From NCBI GenBank assembly GCA_965207455.1, contig CBDBMJ010000001.1, positions 1,728,001-1,792,000 of the forward strand: a stretch of 64,000 nt of DNA, in the 5' to 3' direction. A model generated the notes under the pieces. It did not search any database. It saw only the letters and a program-made list of their open reading frames with translations, and was not told where the DNA came from. This document shows, one piece after another, positions 21,060 to 30,352 of the stretch; the first letter of the stretch is position 1, and each line of letters starts with the position of its first letter. The translations under genes and the position numbers were made by a program. This DNA comes from Bdellovibrionota bacterium. Its GTDB lineage: Bacteria; Bdellovibrionota; UBA1018; CAIPTA01; JAALKR01.

Positions 21060-21335
21060 TTAAGGGGCGTCTTTCTTTGTGTTTCTCAATGTTCTTACTG
21101 CATCTTCATGTCCTTGTTCTGCTGCCTTCTCATACCAGTAAAGTTCTTTTTCATCATCTGTAAAAGCCTCAGCTCCTTCGCTATAGATACGGCCTAGGCG
21201 ATACTGTGCTTCAACCTCTCCTTGCTCTGCCTTTCTTTCACAGCTATTTATGAATTCCATGTACTTGGCATTGAATTCAGCACCAGAAGGGAGTTTAAAC
21301 AATGACAACCAAGTTGACTCAAATTTATCTTTCAT
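21060..21335 (-). CDS. Single-repeat Sel1-like protein
   Basis: N-terminus homologous to 19042..20508; one Sel1 unit. Confidence 0.7.
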   Translation of the reverse strand: MKDKFESTWLSLFKLPSGAEFNAKYMEFINSCERKAEQGEVEAQYRLGRIYSEGAEAFTDDEKELYWYEKAAEQGHEDAVRTLRNTKKDAP

Positions 21336-21466
21336 TTCAAGCTACCTCCCTTACAAATGAAACGTGCCAAAAGACATCTTCTAACCCCATTTTTATACTG
21401 TAAAACACAACAATTCAATACCCTATCTTTCAACATTTTGCAACCATTTGTTCATATTTCGACCTC

Positions 21467-22354
21467 TTATTTCCTGAGGGCATGAATCACATCCTCGATT
21501 TCCTCTACTCGTACTGCGCCTGCTTTCTCGTATTTTTTAGGCCAGGAGATTGAGGGTTCTTCAAAGCATGAATTTAAAATAAATAATTTTCTTCCCTGCT
21601 GTGTGGCTGCACGGGCCTGAATTAGTGCGCCACTGGTATCGGAGGCTTCAATTATTACAGTGCCTTGAGATATTGCAGACATGGTTGCATTTCTTCTGGG
21701 GAAATTATTCTTTCTCTTTTGAAAAGGTTCATAGCTGTATTTATAAAAAGGAACTTGGCTTATTAGTAGGTGTTCTCTTGATATTAAATTCTGCAAATCT
21801 TTGTTCTCCTTTGGGTAATATTTATTAATGGGAGTTCCAATGACTCCAATGACCTTTCCGCCTTCTGCAATGGCTGTTTCTAGGGCTATGGTATCCACTC
21901 CAGCAGCCAGCCCGGACACAATGGTATATCCATTTTCTACCAGCAGTTTTGTTAATCGTTTTGTTCTTAGCTTTCCTTTATGGCTGCATTTTCTAGACCC
22001 GATGATAGAAACGCAATTATTTTCAAGCAAGTCTATCTCGCCCTTGTAATAGAATAGTTCAGTGGGGTGCTGGGCTTCTCTTAATTTTTTTGGATATTGG
22101 TGGTCGCCGTTGATAGAAATGGAAAAATTATCTTTAAGGCTATTGAGATAATGGGTAACTCTTAATTTCAGTTCCGAATCTATAAAGCCCATCTTGTCTC
22201 TTAGTATTTCAGATGGCCGTGCAGTACCTTTAAAAAGTTTCGACAATTTTCCATCCGTCATGCCCTCTATAGCCCAAAGGGTTTCAAAAGCAATCATTTC
22301 ATCTCTTGGTGAAGCCACATTTTCGAAAATATTATCTGTCTCGCTTTCAATCAT
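21467..22354 (-). CDS. DprA/SMF-like protein (ShosA-type antitoxin), orphan copy
   Basis: YPKKL, IIGSRK, IVSGLAAGVD, FPRRNATMS, IIEASDTSG; near-identical to 61354..62241 but with no PRTase downstream. Confidence 0.85.
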   Translation of the reverse strand: MIESETDNIFENVASPRDEMIAFETLWAIEGMTDGKLSKLFKGTARPSEILRDKMGFIDSELKLRVTHYLNSLKDNFSISINGDHQYPKKLREAQHPTELFYYKGEIDLLENNCVSIIGSRKCSHKGKLRTKRLTKLLVENGYTIVSGLAAGVDTIALETAIAEGGKVIGVIGTPINKYYPKENKDLQNLISREHLLISQVPFYKYSYEPFQKRKNNFPRRNATMSAISQGTVIIEASDTSGALIQARAATQQGRKLFILNSCFEEPSISWPKKYEKAGAVRVEEIEDVIHALRK

Positions 22355-22393
22355 TATATTTCTCTAACTACTGGACTTTGCCGATGTAAATTT

Positions 22394-22459
22394 CTAACAT
22401 TTTGAGCAATCACTATTCTTTGCTTTCTTCTTAGTTCCTGCTGCACCTCTTTTTGCCAT
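22394..22459 (-). pseudogene. Truncated copy of the Lys-rich small ORF
   Basis: MAKRGAAGTKKKAKNSDCSKC* matches the start and the KKKAKNSD block of 25072..25263. Confidence 0.6.
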
Positions 22460-22542
22460 AACCCCCTTTCCCTTCTATCTAGTTATTGTAAAATAAAATA
22501 TAAGCACTGACAATGCAAGCCCGATAATGCTTGCTGATCACA

Positions 22543-22600
22543 GAGGATCATGGCAACAGATTTCAAGGAGCACACCAATGATTCATAACATTAATTATTG
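22543..22600. repeat. Island spacer repeat, copy 3 (degenerate)
   Basis: GAGGATCATGGCAACAGATTTCAAGGAGCACACCAATGATTCATAACATTAATTATTG. Confidence 0.75.
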
Positions 22601-22605
22601 AACTA

Positions 22606-23388
22606 CTAGCGCAAGCCCCTCAATGTTCTTACTGCTTCTTCATGTCCCTGATCTGCTGCTTTCTTGCACCAAAAAAGTGCCTTTTTAGTATCTCTAGAAA
22701 CTCCCTCTCCAAGAAAATACATAAATCCAAGGCTGTATTGAGCCTTTGCATATCCTTGTTTTGCTGCTTTCCTATACCAAGAGATTGCTTTCTTATAATT
22801 TTTAGAGGTGCCCTCTCCTGTACAGTACATACTCCCTATATTAAATTGAGCTCCCGGATGTTCTTGTTTTGCTGCTTTTTCAAACCAAAAAACTGCCTTT
22901 TTAAAATCTTTAGAAGTTCCCTCCCCCATACAATACATACGTCCCAGAGTGTTTTGAGCATCTGCACTCCCTTGTTCTGCTGATTTTTCACACCAATAGA
23001 ACGACTTCTTATTATTTTTAGAAGTCCCCTCTCCGGCATAATACATAAATCCTAAATTAAATTGAGATTCTCCATTCCCTTGTTCTGCTGATTTTTTATA
23101 CCAACAGAGCGCTTTCTTATAATTTTTAGGAGTGCCCTCACCGGCATAATACATAGATCCCATATTGAATTGAGCTCCTGCATGTCCTTTTTTCGCTGCC
23201 GCCGCACTCAAAAAAAATGCTTTCTTATAATCTTTAGTAATGCCATCACCAACATAGCACATGCACGCCAAGGTGTATTGATCGTCTATTTCCTCTTGTT
23301 CCAATTTTTTTATAGAATCCATATCATCGGCATTGGATTTAGTTTTTGGAAAAAGTTCTACTACGTTCGATTCAGACTTATCTTTCAT
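22606..23388 (-). CDS. Sel1-like repeat protein (~6 repeats)
   Basis: Tandem Sel1 units; no signal peptide. Confidence 0.92.
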   Translation of the reverse strand: MKDKSESNVVELFPKTKSNADDMDSIKKLEQEEIDDQYTLACMCYVGDGITKDYKKAFFLSAAAAKKGHAGAQFNMGSMYYAGEGTPKNYKKALCWYKKSAEQGNGESQFNLGFMYYAGEGTSKNNKKSFYWCEKSAEQGSADAQNTLGRMYCMGEGTSKDFKKAVFWFEKAAKQEHPGAQFNIGSMYCTGEGTSKNYKKAISWYRKAAKQGYAKAQYSLGFMYFLGEGVSRDTKKALFWCKKAADQGHEEAVRTLRGLR

Positions 23389-23542
23389 TTCAAGCCACCT
23401 TCCTTACAAACGAAATACGCCAAAAGACCTCTTCTAACTGCCCATTTTTGCTATAAAATACAATAATTTAATACACTATCTTCCAGCATTTTGCAACCCT
23501 TCACTCATAATTTCACCCCCTTATTCCCAATCTTCCTTTATT

Positions 23543-24814
23543 TTAAGGAAACTGTTTCTTTATGTCTCTCAATGCTCTTATTGCATATTTATGTCCGCAA
23601 TCTGCTGCTTTTTTATACCAATAAAATGCTTTCTGATAATTTTTAGAAGTGCCCATTCCAATATCATACATAATGCCTACCTGAAATTGAGCCTCTGCAT
23701 GCTCTTGTTCTGCTGCTTTCTCGTACCAGAAAAATGCTTTTTCAGCATCCTTAGCAACTCCTTCTCCGGCATGATACATAGATCCTACATTAAATTGAGA
23801 AACCGCATATCCTTGTTTTGCTGCTTTCTTATACCAAGAAAACGATTTTTTAGCATCTTTAGAAACTCCCCTTCCCACATCATACATAACTCCTAAGTTA
23901 TGCTGAGCTATTCTATGTCCTTGTTCTGCTGCTTTCTTCTGCCAATAAAATGCTTTTTTATCGTCTCTAAAAGCACTTTCTTTCTCAGCATACATAATTC
24001 CTAAATTGTACTGAACTTCTTCAGACCCTTGCTTTGCTGCTTTCTCATGCCAATAAAATGCCTTTTTATCGTCTTGCAGGACGCCTTTTCCAGCATAGTA
24101 CATAAGTCCTAAGTTAAATTGAGCTTTTTCATGCTCTTGTTCTGCTGCTTTCTTCTGCCAATAAAATGCTTTTTCATCATCTCTAAAAACCCTCTCTCCC
24201 TCATTATACATAATTCCTAAACTGTATTGAGCTTCTGCATACCCTTGTTCGGCTGCTTTCTTCTGCCAATAAAATGCTTTTTTATCATCCCTAAAAACAC
24301 CCTCTCCCTCACCATGCATAACTCCTAAACTGTATTGAGCTTCTGCATGTTCTTGTTCGGCTGCTTTCTCATACCAATAAAATGCTTTTTTATCGTCTTT
24401 CAAGCCCCTTTCTTTATCGTCTTTCAGGACCCTTTCTTGATCATAATACATAGATCCTAAATTAAATTGGGCCTGTACATCTTCTTGTTTTGCTGCCTTC
24501 TTATACCAAGAGATTGCTTTTCTATCATCTTGAGAAACTCCTTCTCCCAGACTATACATAATTCCTAAGTTATACTGAGCTTTTTTGTGTCCTTGTTCTG
24601 CCGCTTTCTCACACCAATAAAATGCTTTTTTATTATTTTTGGAAATGCCCAATCCTCTGTTATAGATAAAACCCAAGTAGTACTGTGCATTCACCTCTCC
24701 TCGCTTTGCCTTTCTTTCATAGCTACCTATAAATTCAATATAGCGAGGCTTGAGTTCAATGTCCGGAATAATCTTCGCCAATGGGGGTCCAGGCAACTCA
24801 ATTTCATTTTTCAT
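23543..24814 (-). CDS. Sel1-like repeat protein (~10 repeats)
   Basis: Tandem Sel1 units, including an 8-aa internal duplication ERVLKDDK/ERGLKDDK. Confidence 0.93.
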   Translation of the reverse strand: MKNEIELPGPPLAKIIPDIELKPRYIEFIGSYERKAKRGEVNAQYYLGFIYNRGLGISKNNKKAFYWCEKAAEQGHKKAQYNLGIMYSLGEGVSQDDRKAISWYKKAAKQEDVQAQFNLGSMYYDQERVLKDDKERGLKDDKKAFYWYEKAAEQEHAEAQYSLGVMHGEGEGVFRDDKKAFYWQKKAAEQGYAEAQYSLGIMYNEGERVFRDDEKAFYWQKKAAEQEHEKAQFNLGLMYYAGKGVLQDDKKAFYWHEKAAKQGSEEVQYNLGIMYAEKESAFRDDKKAFYWQKKAAEQGHRIAQHNLGVMYDVGRGVSKDAKKSFSWYKKAAKQGYAVSQFNVGSMYHAGEGVAKDAEKAFFWYEKAAEQEHAEAQFQVGIMYDIGMGTSKNYQKAFYWYKKAADCGHKYAIRALRDIKKQFP

Positions 24815-25071
24815 TTCAAACTCTACCTCCCTTAAAAATCAAACGCACCCACGCGTCGAAAAGTACTTCCTAATCACCCATTTTCATTATGAAACATGAC
24901 AATTTAATACATTATCTTTCAACATTCTGCAACCCATTATTCCTATTTTGATCTCTTCTACTCGTACCGCACTTTTATAGCTTCTAGCACCTCATTGAAA
25001 TCACTGTCTTTTATCCCATAGCTTCCATCAGAGTACATGCCTTTTCTTCTAGGTAATCTTCTGAAAGCCGA

Positions 25072-25263
25072 CTAGCCGCCGTTTTTAAATCTTATGGCTC
25101 TTCTTGATGCAATAGAAATAGAAAAAGGAACGGTAAGCTTAATATTTGACCAGTCACTATTCTTTGCTTTCTTCTTGGCGACCAATGGAGCAGGTTTCTG
25201 CTTACTCCCAGTTCCTGCTGTGGAAATCCTTTTTTTCGTTCCTGCCGCACCTCTTTTTGCCAT
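25072..25263 (-). CDS. Lys-rich small protein, family copy A
   Basis: MAKRGAAGTKK...DWSNIKLTVPFSISIASRRAIRFKNGG; AGGAG RBS; frame conserved in four copies. Confidence 0.65.
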   Translation of the reverse strand: MAKRGAAGTKKRISTAGTGSKQKPAPLVAKKKAKNSDWSNIKLTVPFSISIASRRAIRFKNGG

Positions 25264-25303
25264 AACACTCCTTCTTTTTTAAGTTAAACCCATATCACCA
25301 CAA

Positions 25304-27097
25304 TTAAAAAACAGGGCAATTAAAAAGTCTCCCTTCATCTCCTTCGTCTGTCAGTTTTCGAATCACTTCTGTTTCAGGAAAGTGAATTTTCTTGCCATCT
25401 CTGTCTAAGGGAAGATCGGAGTCAATGGCAGTTAAAATGTATTGTATGCCGTAGTTTTCTGAATACTCTCTAATAGATTTAAGCAGAGCTATCTTTTTTC
25501 TATCATCTAAGCCTTCCAGCACCCCATCATGGTATATAAAATGATAAAAATTTGATTTGCTATAATATTTCTGTACTGCCATATCGAAGAATACACACAA
25601 CAGTTTCTTATAGCTTGTCCCATCACCTTCTGATGTTGAGGACGTTGGATCTTCTTGTTTTGTGTAGTCGGCATGAAAATCAAAATTGTTCTGCTTATTA
25701 ATGTTAACATAAACCAGCCCGCTAACTTCTAAAACTGCGTTAATCAGAGAATTAAAACTTGAACGAATCTTTGTGAACGTTGGATTATCCTTGCTGTTTT
25801 CTTCCCGAACATCTTTAACCTTCTTGTCAAGATCTTTTTTTGCTATATCTAATTCTGCCAACCTATCGTCTATTTTCTTGAAGTTTTCCAAGTCTTTTTC
25901 TAAGTGAATCAATTTTTCTTTTGCAAAAACCAACTCGCCCTGCATTTTTTTGTATTTTTTAAAAGAATCTTTTTCTCTAAGAACATCGAGTTTTTTAATT
26001 TTTTCTTGATTAAACTTCTCTAACTGTTCCTTGAGCGTATCAAGTTTTTTGTTAATTCTGCTTTTTTCTTTTTTAAGCCTTTCTCTTCTGTCTTTTGTTA
26101 GCCTGTTGTTAAAGTTCTCTAAATCTTTATATTCTTTAACCAAAGGCTCTTTAAAGTGAAGGTTGGCTTCATTAAATATTTTCTGAACATTACCTATTTT
26201 AAAAAATATTTCAGCTTTCAAAGATTTTGATATTTCGCCAAGGTCATGATTTAAATTATATATTTCGTTATTTATATAAGATATGTTAGCTTCAATTTCC
26301 GGAAGTTCCTTTTCACCAAGGTCTAAATCCTTTTCTTTGAAGTCAAAGGCGTCCAGCTTTTTTTCTAGTTCAAGAACTGCTTGTCTCTTAACCTCTGTCC
26401 TTGCTCTAATCTTGTCGAAACTCTCTCCCGACAATGTCAGTTCTTTTCTAATAGTTACGAGCTCTGTTTCTTTTTCTTTTACCAGCTTGTCGCAGTTATA
26501 TTTATTTTCAATGACTTCGGATGAAAACCCCAGTATTTTCCCAACATAAGGCTTCCAATCAACGCCTTTACTGGCAGAAAATTTGCTAATATGGAAGACG
26601 TTATTAAAATCTTTCTGGCTTCTTAAAAAATATGTTATACCCTTTCGATAGTTATATGGTTTTATAACAGATAAACCTATCAAACCATCGAGGAAATCCA
26701 TTGCCTTTTCATGCGGAAGCTCATACTGATTCCAGTCTTTCTCGCTAAGATGGCAATAATTTTGCTGAGGCTCGCCATGCTCCTTAAAGGAAATTTTAGT
26801 ATTATTTTTAATGCTTCTTTTTATGGTCACAAAGGAGTTCTTGGGCAACTCAAGCTCCAAGTAAAACTCAATATCCTGTAATTCATCTGGGAGCTTCTTT
26901 GTAAAATTTTCTTTGCTCACTCTTTTCAATAGGCAGTAGTCGATTACATCGATCAAAAGGCTTTTACCTAGGTTATGAGAGTCCATGTCAGTTGCATTAA
27001 GGTTCGTTGATTTGCCCAAAATAATATTAAGGCCGTGGTTGAAGGCAATCGGCTTAAAGTAGTTATCAAGGTTAGTATATAGTCTTTTTAGTCTCAT
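25304..27097 (-). CDS. Lamassu/ABC-3C SMC-like ATPase (DUF2326, LmuB-like)
   Basis: HNLGKS Walker A, long coiled coil, SEGDGTSYKK signature, FIYHDG, QYILT. Confidence 0.87.
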   Translation of the reverse strand: MRLKRLYTNLDNYFKPIAFNHGLNIILGKSTNLNATDMDSHNLGKSLLIDVIDYCLLKRVSKENFTKKLPDELQDIEFYLELELPKNSFVTIKRSIKNNTKISFKEHGEPQQNYCHLSEKDWNQYELPHEKAMDFLDGLIGLSVIKPYNYRKGITYFLRSQKDFNNVFHISKFSASKGVDWKPYVGKILGFSSEVIENKYNCDKLVKEKETELVTIRKELTLSGESFDKIRARTEVKRQAVLELEKKLDAFDFKEKDLDLGEKELPEIEANISYINNEIYNLNHDLGEISKSLKAEIFFKIGNVQKIFNEANLHFKEPLVKEYKDLENFNNRLTKDRRERLKKEKSRINKKLDTLKEQLEKFNQEKIKKLDVLREKDSFKKYKKMQGELVFAKEKLIHLEKDLENFKKIDDRLAELDIAKKDLDKKVKDVREENSKDNPTFTKIRSSFNSLINAVLEVSGLVYVNINKQNNFDFHADYTKQEDPTSSTSEGDGTSYKKLLCVFFDMAVQKYYSKSNFYHFIYHDGVLEGLDDRKKIALLKSIREYSENYGIQYILTAIDSDLPLDRDGKKIHFPETEVIRKLTDEGDEGRLFNCPVF

Positions 27098-27107
27098 TGC
27101 TTGCTCA

Positions 27108-27359
27108 TTACTTAATCAAAAAAAAGGTGTCGTTTTTATCCAAATAATCAATCTTTCCAAGTCCGTACAACATCGTAAGAGCTGCTAAAAAAACATCGTC
27201 CATATTTTGTCCTATTTTGTCTTCAATGAAGTCTCGAAGTATTGGCAGCTTAACGATCTTGTTTCTAAACATATACTTTAGGGTCAATCCAGATACATAA
27301 AGCACAGACTTATCTAAATCCATATATTTTTTAGGTAGAATCATTGTTGCATTTTCCAC
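27108..27359 (-). CDS. ABC-3C middle component (LmuC-like)
   Basis: MILPKKY...ALTMLYGLGKIDY; lies between effector and ATPase. Confidence 0.82.
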   Translation of the reverse strand: MENATMILPKKYMDLDKSVLYVSGLTLKYMFRNKIVKLPILRDFIEDKIGQNMDDVFLAALTMLYGLGKIDYLDKNDTFFLIK

Positions 27360-27370
27360 TTTGTTTTCCT

Positions 27371-28312
27371 TTATTCCTTTTTTCCGATATCACAATTAAA
27401 ATATATAAAGTGAATGAAAACCTTTAATAGCCGCTTGGCCACACCTTTTTGTTGAAGCTTGGAATAGGATTCTTGGTAAATCGTCTCCAACACATCATCA
27501 AACGTATTAAAGTCACCTCTTCTGTTAATTATCATCCCCTTAAAATCGAGCGCGGTATCACTATAGAGAATCTCTGACCTGCCGTGCTTCGGATCCTTCA
27601 GAAAATCCATAATGCGCTGAAAGTGCTTTTCAGAATCTTCTTTAATGTATTTGCAGTACTCATCAGAAAGACCATTGATTTCATTCTTCTTGTCGATATT
27701 AACATAAAGAAAGTCCTTTTTGTTTTTCCCTTTATCTTCAGGGCTTTTTACGGGTATAAAATCTCTAAATTTAGAAATAACCCTTTCAAGATCTTCGGGG
27801 AACACGTTCAATGGGGTGCGTGGTTGATCGAAGCCAAACTCTTCATGAAGTTCTCTGTGAGAATCTAAATGTAAATGCAGCTTTTCCATTCCCCAAATTG
27901 TTACCGATGAAAGGCTGGGAACTGCAGATTGAATTTTATCTTTTATTTTCTTCTCATGCCCCGCCGAAAGCGTTCTGTTTGTTAAAATAAAATAATGCTC
28001 AAGCTCATCACTGTCTACGAGCCTTTTTATCTTACTTATTTCTTTATCCAGAATGGTCTTAAAAAATTGTCCCTCAGAGCAAGACGCGTTTGCCCTGGCA
28101 GTGTACTTTGCTTGCATAACAAACTTGCCTGAAAGTGGAGCGGCACTCGAGGGCAGATCCTTAGCGGTCCCGTTGAAAATTCCATCTCTACCGCCATCTT
28201 TCCCAGAAGCGAAGTTTACAAACCCCTCACCAAGAACATTTACGCAAATTCTTGAGCACAATTTTTCAAAGCTCGAGTAATCAAGCTCATATATCCTATA
28301 GTTTCTTTTCAT
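27371..28312 (-). CDS. Lamassu effector: Mrr-like restriction endonuclease domain plus ABC-3C C-terminal domain (LmuA-like)
   Basis: FEKLC...GKDGGRDG...VMQAK, LTNR, C-terminal FIHFIYFNCDIG; probable ATG at 28312. Confidence 0.83.
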   Translation of the reverse strand: MKRNYRIYELDYSSFEKLCSRICVNVLGEGFVNFASGKDGGRDGIFNGTAKDLPSSAAPLSGKFVMQAKYTARANASCSEGQFFKTILDKEISKIKRLVDSDELEHYFILTNRTLSAGHEKKIKDKIQSAVPSLSSVTIWGMEKLHLHLDSHRELHEEFGFDQPRTPLNVFPEDLERVISKFRDFIPVKSPEDKGKNKKDFLYVNIDKKNEINGLSDEYCKYIKEDSEKHFQRIMDFLKDPKHGRSEILYSDTALDFKGMIINRRGDFNTFDDVLETIYQESYSKLQQKGVAKRLLKVFIHFIYFNCDIGKKE

Positions 28313-28554
28313 GCTCACCTTACATTCGGCTTTTTGTACACCGACCGCCCACACCTGCGCGTTAATTTTCCTCTTTCAAAAATGACAATTGATTAGGCTT
28401 ACCGCACTTTTATGAAAAATCCAAGTTAAATATCACACTTCCCAGCCTTGACTTCCCTGGCTACCTGGTGCGGCAAATTCTTGCGGAGCAGGGGAATCCG
28501 AGGGAACGGAGTGTCGGACGATGGGGTACTCTGGGGAGTGGTGATAGTTTTGGT

Positions 28555-28779
28555 TTAGTAGTCAAATTTATAAACGCACCAGTTATCGTTTTCGTTCCCC
28601 TCGCTACCGGTGGCAGGGTCACATTCATACTGTTGAGCAAGAATATTCTCTGCTCCTTGAGCGACGGTTTTTGATTTATATTTGCCTAAGATGACCCAAT
28701 TTTTAAGGTTTGGGTGTTGTTTTTCCCAGTATTCTTTGCGACCTTTAGGATCAGTTGTCATTCCAATTCTGCAAGCCAT
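28555..28779 (-). CDS. 74-aa GIY-YIG-like mini-protein, copy 1
   Basis: CRIGMTTDPKGRK...AQGAEN; paralogue at 55747..55971. Confidence 0.6.
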   Translation of the reverse strand: MACRIGMTTDPKGRKEYWEKQHPNLKNWVILGKYKSKTVAQGAENILAQQYECDPATGSEGNENDNWCVYKFDY

Positions 28780-28850
28780 ATTTACTTACTCTTTTTTACT
28801 AATTGCCCTAGAGATAATGTGGCTTGATTCAAGATTCTGCACATATAGTA

Positions 28851-29657
28851 TCATCCATCATATTTTACCTCTAGCATATCCTTGGCAGCAGCAGTTGTGC
28901 AGCCAAAAAAGGCGCTCTTCGTTTCTTCTTTTAAAGATTCAATCTCTGTTAACAGCTCCTCTTCATTCAAATCATAAAAATCATTATTTTGAAATGTTCT
29001 AATACCTGTAGTCTCAACAGGAGTCAATATTTGATCATCAAGAAGTTGAGCTCTAAAATTTAAGCTTAACTTTGTACTCTCTTCTTTGCCCTTAAAATTA
29101 AATTGCGCTGTAATACCAGAAACAGGTATTTGATCACCATTAATTTTCACACTACAGTTCAGATCAAAATAATGCCCGAGATTTTCAGATTTAGGAATAA
29201 AAAACATATTTACATATCTAAAAACTACTCGTCGGACTTTGAAAAGATTATTTTCATCTATTATCCTTGATACATCAATAATATCTTTTTCTAAGTCACT
29301 TTTATAGGATTTATACGGTTTATCGGAGATATCATGGAGGGTATGAAAGGCTAGAAAATGATTTCCTAGCCTTAAAACCTTTCTATTACCCTGAGATTTT
29401 TCCCAAGATATTTCTCTGTCCCAAAATGGTTCAAACTTCCTTTTATCGCCTGTTCCTATAGGAACCAATAACCTTGAAGTGGTTTTAAATGGAATTCTCT
29501 TTTTTCTGAAAAATTTTTTTTCTATATTAAAAGAAAGAGATCCTATCTTGTCATGTAAAGCCCGTTCACTTGCTTCACTGCTAGGCTCTCCTTCAAGAGT
29601 TGCCCAGACTTCTGCTAAATTAGACTTGGCACATTTATTGACTCTACTCACATTCAT
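28851..29657 (-). CDS. TIGR04255-family-like protein
   Basis: LAFH......Y..Y..., RRVVFRYVNMFFIP, C-terminal E...AFFGCTT pattern. Confidence 0.6.
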   Translation of the reverse strand: MNVSRVNKCAKSNLAEVWATLEGEPSSEASERALHDKIGSLSFNIEKKFFRKKRIPFKTTSRLLVPIGTGDKRKFEPFWDREISWEKSQGNRKVLRLGNHFLAFHTLHDISDKPYKSYKSDLEKDIIDVSRIIDENNLFKVRRVVFRYVNMFFIPKSENLGHYFDLNCSVKINGDQIPVSGITAQFNFKGKEESTKLSLNFRAQLLDDQILTPVETTGIRTFQNNDFYDLNEEELLTEIESLKEETKSAFFGCTTAAAKDMLEVKYDG

Positions 29658-29704
29658 ACCCTCTAAATTTTAGTATCAAGCTAAAATTAATCTTACGAAA
29701 GCAG

Positions 29705-29869
29705 CTAATCGCCATTTTTGAATCTTATAGCTCTTCTTGATGCAAGGGCGATGGAAACAGGAACTGTAAGCTTAACCTTTGACCAATCGCCATCTTTTGC
29801 TGTCTTCTTTGCGCCTGATGGAGCAGGTTTCTTTTTTCTTTTTGCTCCGACTGTACTTTTTTTTGCCAT
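29705..29869 (-). CDS. Lys-rich small protein, family copy B (54 aa)
   Basis: MAKKSTVGAKRKKKPAPSGAKKTAKDGDWSKVKLTVPVSIALASRRAIRFKNGD; start assigned by alignment with the other copies. Confidence 0.65.
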   Translation of the reverse strand: MAKKSTVGAKRKKKPAPSGAKKTAKDGDWSKVKLTVPVSIALASRRAIRFKNGD

Positions 29870-30285
29870 AACCCTATTTTCCCCTCTATCTAAACTATTG
29901 TAAAACAAAACGTAAACACAGACAATGTTCTCAGAACCTACGCCACAATCAATTCCCCACTTTACCTCGTTCACCTGTTACTCGCAAGCGCAGCAATGCT
30001 TGAAAGCTGTTTTTCATTATCATTTAGTTCTTCCCGATTCTAATCACTTATTTTATGCGCTGGCACTAGGTAGCATCAGGCGCATAAGCCACTCACTTTC
30101 CTTGTTGCGGCTTCGTATTACAGCAGCTACGATTCTCCAGAGTTCAGAGTTCATGGATTCGGTGTGATGCGAAACCAACAAGTACTTAATATTATTTAAG
30201 AATTAATTTTAGCGGGCTTAAAAGCACGCTACACTTACTACTATGTACGGTCATGTTCAGTATATAGTGTAAGCTGTCTCCGGAT

Positions 30286-30352
30286 AGTTTTCCTTTTTTT
30301 TGCGACGGAATTCAGGAACACATCGACGACGACTACTGCGATTTAGGATTGT
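30286..30352. repeat. Island spacer repeat, copy 4 (short)
   Basis: GTTTTCCTTTTTTTTGCGACGGAATTCAGGAACACATCGACGACGAC; abuts the ATPase stop at 30353. Confidence 0.8.

Noticed and set aside
21467..22354. DprA as the natural-competence gene
   Set aside because: Lacks the C-terminal winged helix, is duplicated inside a defence island, and its paralogue is coupled to a PRTase as in ShosTA.
19042..24814. Diversity-generating retroelement acting on the Sel1 or other repeats
   Set aside because: No reverse transcriptase in the window and no template/variable pair with adenine-specific differences was seen.
19080..24835. Many alternative-frame and antisense ORFs within the Sel1 genes
   Set aside because: By-products of the 108-nt repeat periodicity; no independent coding signal.
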